A stretch of 21,295 nt of DNA from a candidate division WOR-3 bacterium (GTDB lineage: Bacteria > Hydrothermota > Tepidihabitantia > SM23-42 > JAOAFX01): assembly GCA_037444665.1 (NCBI GenBank), contig JBBILZ010000042.1, positions 1-21,295 on the forward strand. Direction: 5' to 3'. Positions 17,580-21,295 of the stretch are shown one piece after another. The notes below the pieces were generated by a model, which made no database searches, was not told where the DNA came from, and saw only the letters and a list, made by a program, of their open reading frames with translations. Made by a program: the position numbers and the translations under genes. Each line of letters starts with the position of its first letter. The stretch's first letter is position 1.

Positions 17580-18674
17580 ATGGGAATGAAGGTGTTCTTT
17601 ATCGGCTCTTATAAAGAACCGCCAACAACTGGTGGTCACATATACAATAAAAAAATAGTAGAAGCCCTCCAGGAGATGGAGTGTAATGTCATTGTTATAA
17701 ATGTCCATCAATTGCCAAAGATGTTCAGAAACAAATTTCTAAGTTTTACATACTGTTTCCTTAAATTTTTAAAATATAAACCAGAATTAATTGTCCAGGT
17801 TGCTGATTCTGGGTTAAGATATTTTATTTTTACATTTTTTATAAGTCTGTGGCATATACCGACTATTCAGATGGTTCACCATTTTGAAGAAGATTTCTTC
17901 AAAGATAAAATTAAAAGTAAATTGAGCCATTATATAATAAAACAAAATTTGCAACGCGCAAAATTGATAATTGTAAATAGTCAGAATACTAAAAATAAGG
18001 TAATGAAAAGAGCCGGTTATTACTGCCAGAATAAAATTCATATTGTTAATCCAGGTGTTGATGTTACAACTGAAATTAAAAGAGAAAGATTTTATGGGAA
18101 AAAGGAACACTGGAATTTACTTTCAGTGGGTGCAGTAACAGAAAGAAAGGGTTATGATTACCTTATAGAAGCACTCAAGGATTTGAAAGATTATCCTTTT
18201 AAATGTTACATCGTTGGAAACATTGATGACAAGCGATTTTATGAGCAACTCAATATTAAAATAAAAAATTATGGATTACTCCCCAAAATAGAATTTACCG
18301 ACTATATTTCTAATGAAAAATTGAAAGACTTGTACTTATCTTGCGATATATTTATTCTCCCGTCACGCCACGAAGGTTATGGGATTGTGTTAAAGGAGGC
18401 ATTGAATTATGGCTTACCAGTTATCGCAACAAATGTGGGCGCGGTATCTGAAGTGGTTGAAAATGGCAAAACCGGCGTTCTTGTTGAACCCAATAATCCA
18501 GAGTCTTTGGCGGAAACTTTACAAAATCTGATGCACAAGCCTATCATTCTTGCGCAGATTGAGGAAAATATACGAAAAAAGCATTCAGTAATTAAGTCCT
18601 GGCTGGATGTAAAAAGGGAATTAAAAACGGTTTTTAAACTGTTTCTGAATAAAAATGGTATCGCGCAAAATTAA
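17580..18674 (+). CDS. Glycosyltransferase family 4 (start revised from 17475 to 17580 or 17586)
   Basis: MGMKVFFIG...TGGHIYN N-terminus, VGAVTERKG and LPSRHEGYGIVLKE (EX7E). The longer ORF start would place the promoter inside the CDS. Confidence 0.88.
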   Translation: MGMKVFFIGSYKEPPTTGGHIYNKKIVEALQEMECNVIVINVHQLPKMFRNKFLSFTYCFLKFLKYKPELIVQVADSGLRYFIFTFFISLWHIPTIQMVHHFEEDFFKDKIKSKLSHYIIKQNLQRAKLIIVNSQNTKNKVMKRAGYYCQNKIHIVNPGVDVTTEIKRERFYGKKEHWNLLSVGAVTERKGYDYLIEALKDLKDYPFKCYIVGNIDDKRFYEQLNIKIKNYGLLPKIEFTDYISNEKLKDLYLSCDIFILPSRHEGYGIVLKEALNYGLPVIATNVGAVSEVVENGKTGVLVEPNNPESLAETLQNLMHKPIILAQIEENIRKKHSVIKSWLDVKRELKTVFKLFLNKNGIAQN

Positions 18675-19809
18675 GATTGTATATATCATTACTTCACTTG
18701 GCATTGGTGGAGCTGAAAAAATTTTGCTTACAACAATAAGAAATTTAAACCATATGCTATTTAGTATATATGTTATTTCTTTGTACCGCCAAGATGCTTT
18801 ATTGAATGAATATAAGAGACATTGTGAAAAAGTTTATTCCTTAAAATATAGGAATAAATATAATCCATTCATCATCATCAAGATTTATAAAATAATAAAA
18901 CTAATTAAACCCGATGTTGTTCATACACATATGCCCCATGCTACAATATGGGGGAGGATTGCTGCCTTTCTTGCAGGAACAAAAATAATAATGACTACCG
19001 AACACAACATTTCAGTCTGGTGTAAATGTAATTTTCTATTCTGGTTTCTTTATTGGCTAACCGCATTATTTACTGATAAGATAATTACCGTGTCTCAGGC
19101 TATTAAAAAGCAATTGATAAATACATTATCTATATCTCCGCAGAAGATTGAGGTTATTTATAATGGTATCAATATAGATGAATTTGTTATGGAAATAAAG
19201 GCGCCTACTGATTTATTGAGCATATCTCAACCAATCATCGGTACAATCGGAAGATTGCACAAGATAAAAGGGCATGATGTGCTTATTGAAAGTATGCGGT
19301 TTGTTAAAAAACAATTTCCACAAGGTAATTTAATTATCATTGGTGATGGAGAAGAAAAGATGAAATTACAAAAGTTAATAAGAAAATATGCATTAACTGA
19401 TAGTGTACACATCCTCGGCACACGAAACGACCTATTAGGCTATCTAAAACTGATGGATATATTTGTATTTCCCTCCCTTGAAGAGGGACTCGGGCTTGCA
19501 TTAATAGAAGCTTGTGCGGCCGGTAAACCATGTATTGCGTCTTGTGTAGGTGGAATACCTGAGATCATTGAAAATTCAGTAAATGGTATTTTAGTACCAC
19601 CAGATGAGCCTGAAATACTTGCCGAAAAAATTATTTGGTTATTAAGAAATAAAAACATAAGCATACAAATGGGATTACATGCGAAACAAATTGTCAAAAA
19701 AAAGTTTAGCATCACTAATACAATAGAAAAACTTGAAATGGTTTACTTAAACTCAATTAAAACATATAAAGATTATAAAATAACCTATCGGAATAGCCGT
19801 GTATACTGA
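18655..19809 (+). CDS. Glycosyltransferase family 4
   Basis: ITSLGIGGAE, PDVVHTH, IYNGI, IGRLHKIKG and FPSLEEGLGLALIE (EX7E). The stop TGA (19807-19809) lies in the IS3 left end. Confidence 0.92.
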   Translation: MVSRKIKIVYIITSLGIGGAEKILLTTIRNLNHMLFSIYVISLYRQDALLNEYKRHCEKVYSLKYRNKYNPFIIIKIYKIIKLIKPDVVHTHMPHATIWGRIAAFLAGTKIIMTTEHNISVWCKCNFLFWFLYWLTALFTDKIITVSQAIKKQLINTLSISPQKIEVIYNGINIDEFVMEIKAPTDLLSISQPIIGTIGRLHKIKGHDVLIESMRFVKKQFPQGNLIIIGDGEEKMKLQKLIRKYALTDSVHILGTRNDLLGYLKLMDIFVFPSLEEGLGLALIEACAAGKPCIASCVGGIPEIIENSVNGILVPPDEPEILAEKIIWLLRNKNISIQMGLHAKQIVKKKFSITNTIEKLEMVYLNSIKTYKDYKITYRNSRVY

Positions 19810-21070
19810 GACCATTAGGGGCTGGACACGGGTGATTTGTAGAGGTAAAATAGAATAATTAACAGGAGGCAAGCGATGAAAAAGAGAAATTGGCCGGTTG
19901 AAGAGAAGTTAGCGGTTGTTTTTGAGGGTCTTAAAGAAAAGCGTTCGGTTGCCGAGATTTGCCGGGAGCATCAGATTAGTCAGACGCTTTACTATCGCTG
20001 GCGTGATAAGTTTTTAGAAGCCGGTAAAAAGGGATTAATCAATGGTGCTGGCGATGACAATGTTTACAAATCGGAGCTTGAGAAATTGCAGAAGATTATT
20101 GGGAAGCAGGCAATACAGATTGAGATATTAAAAAAAAACGGACGATTTGCTGGGAATAAGGTGACCGCTGTGGATTCGTTAAAACAATCTGGCTATACCG
20201 TACTTGATGCCTGTCAGGCGTTAGGTATTGGGCGGAGCGGCTATTATGCTGCCAAGCAGGTTCATGAACCCAAAGTGCCGGTTGTTGATGCAGATGAGGA
20301 GGAACTGCTGGAACGGATTAAAGCGATCAAATCGGTCCATCCGTTTTGGGGCTATCGTCGGGTTACAGCCTGGCTGCGGCATCGGGAAAATCTTTTGGTG
20401 AACCAGAAGCGAGTGCGTCGGTTAATGAAAAAATACGGTCTTATGGCGCCCCAGACGGTTCATAAGGCAAAGCGGACACCATGAGCGGATAAGCCCAGGC
20501 AAATCTGGGGTATTGATATGACCAAGTTTATCGTCAATGCCCTGGGTTGGGTGTATTTAGTAATTGTCCTGGACTGGTTTACCAAGAAGGTAGTAGGCTG
20601 GCACATTTCCTTACGGAGTAAGACTGGGGACTGGAAGCGAGCAATGGATATGACGACTAATCGTGAATTCCCTGATGGGGTGCGTGGGGCTGGTTTAAGG
20701 TTGGTCAGTGATAATGGTACTCAGCCAACGGCAAGGAGTTTTATGACTGATATGGCGACTTTGGGGATTGAACAAATATTTACCACTTATGACAATCCCA
20801 AGGGGAATGCGGATACGGAGCGGATGATGCGGACGGTGAAAGAGGAAATTATCTGGTTAAATGAGTTTGAAACGCTTGAGGAGGCGATCACTAAAATTGG
20901 CAACTGGATTGAAATTGATTACAATAAGCTCTATGTGCATAGTGAGTTGGGTTATTGGAGTCCAGAAGAATTTGAGACTCTATATAACCAGGATAAATTA
21001 AAGAAAGTCGGATGAAGCTCTCTACAAATCATGACCATTACTTTTGTCTTAACAAGGGGGGCGCAGTTCA
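19802..21070 (+). mobile_element. IS3-family insertion sequence, ~1.27 kb, inactivated
   Basis: Right end read inward is TGAACTGCGCCCCCC...GACA and left end is TATACTGAGACC...GGACA (imperfect IR). A sub-terminal perfect 12-bp inverted repeat TGATTTGTAGAG lies at 19833-19844 / 21020-21031. The left boundary could instead be 19807, which gives an ATAC 4-bp flanking direct repeat. Confidence 0.85.
19876..21015 (+). pseudogene. IS3-family transposase: OrfA and OrfB fused in frame, interrupted by in-frame TGA at 20482-20484
   Basis: OrfA HTH (SVAEICREHQISQTLYYRWR), OrfB WGYRRV, DDE residues in WGIDMT, LVSDNG and DTERMM. The two ORF-track pieces are in the same frame, separated by a single TGA. 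Confidence 0.88.
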
Positions 21071-21295
21071 ATACTCAGGGGCACCCATTTTTTCAAGTAG
21101 CTTAACAAGAAGTTTTATTCTGATTAAACCACCCAGTTTCGGTAAGATTATTTTTGAGTAACATCGAGCTTGCCATCCCCCAGTTTTATAATATGCAATT
21201 TTAATAAAAAGTAATTTGGGAAACACAAATATTTACGTTTTACTAATGATTTATGCTGGATTAATTATTTACCTAAATGAAGTAGATGAATTTCA

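Noticed and set aside
20482..20484. TGA recoding (Sec, Trp or Gly) in the transposase
   Set aside because: TGA is a normal stop for several intact genes here (e.g. prs, the permease), and decay of an IS is the simpler explanation.

Overview
Bacterial chromosomal window, AT-rich overall. Three secreted proteins with T9SS/FlgD-like C-terminal domains suggest an FCB-group organism such as candidate division WOR-3 (inference). The left half is mostly housekeeping: holA, a coiled-coil/zinc-ribbon gene and the 5' part of leuS on the minus strand. Divergent from these is an apparent operon of ispF, a rhomboid protease, an S8 protease with a ~320-aa propeller inserted in its catalytic domain, an NCS2 permease, prs and a stand-alone LigD phosphoesterase. 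A ~280-bp mosaic of short tandem repeats separates this from an accessory surface-glycan region. That region holds a Gnu-like epimerase with a GT4, two tandem paralogous secreted proteins of 14 propeller-like blades each with variable aromatic loops, an internally deleted IS remnant, two AT-rich GT4 genes and an inactivated IS3-family element. The main observations are: (i) the paired 14-blade proteins, with DNA-level homology between blade frameworks; (ii) all five operon-leading genes have near-consensus sigma70 promoters only 6-10 nt from the ATG, suggesting leaderless mRNAs; (iii) the S8 domain insertion; (iv) the multi-period repeat mosaic. No rRNA, tRNA, CRISPR array or reverse transcriptase was seen.
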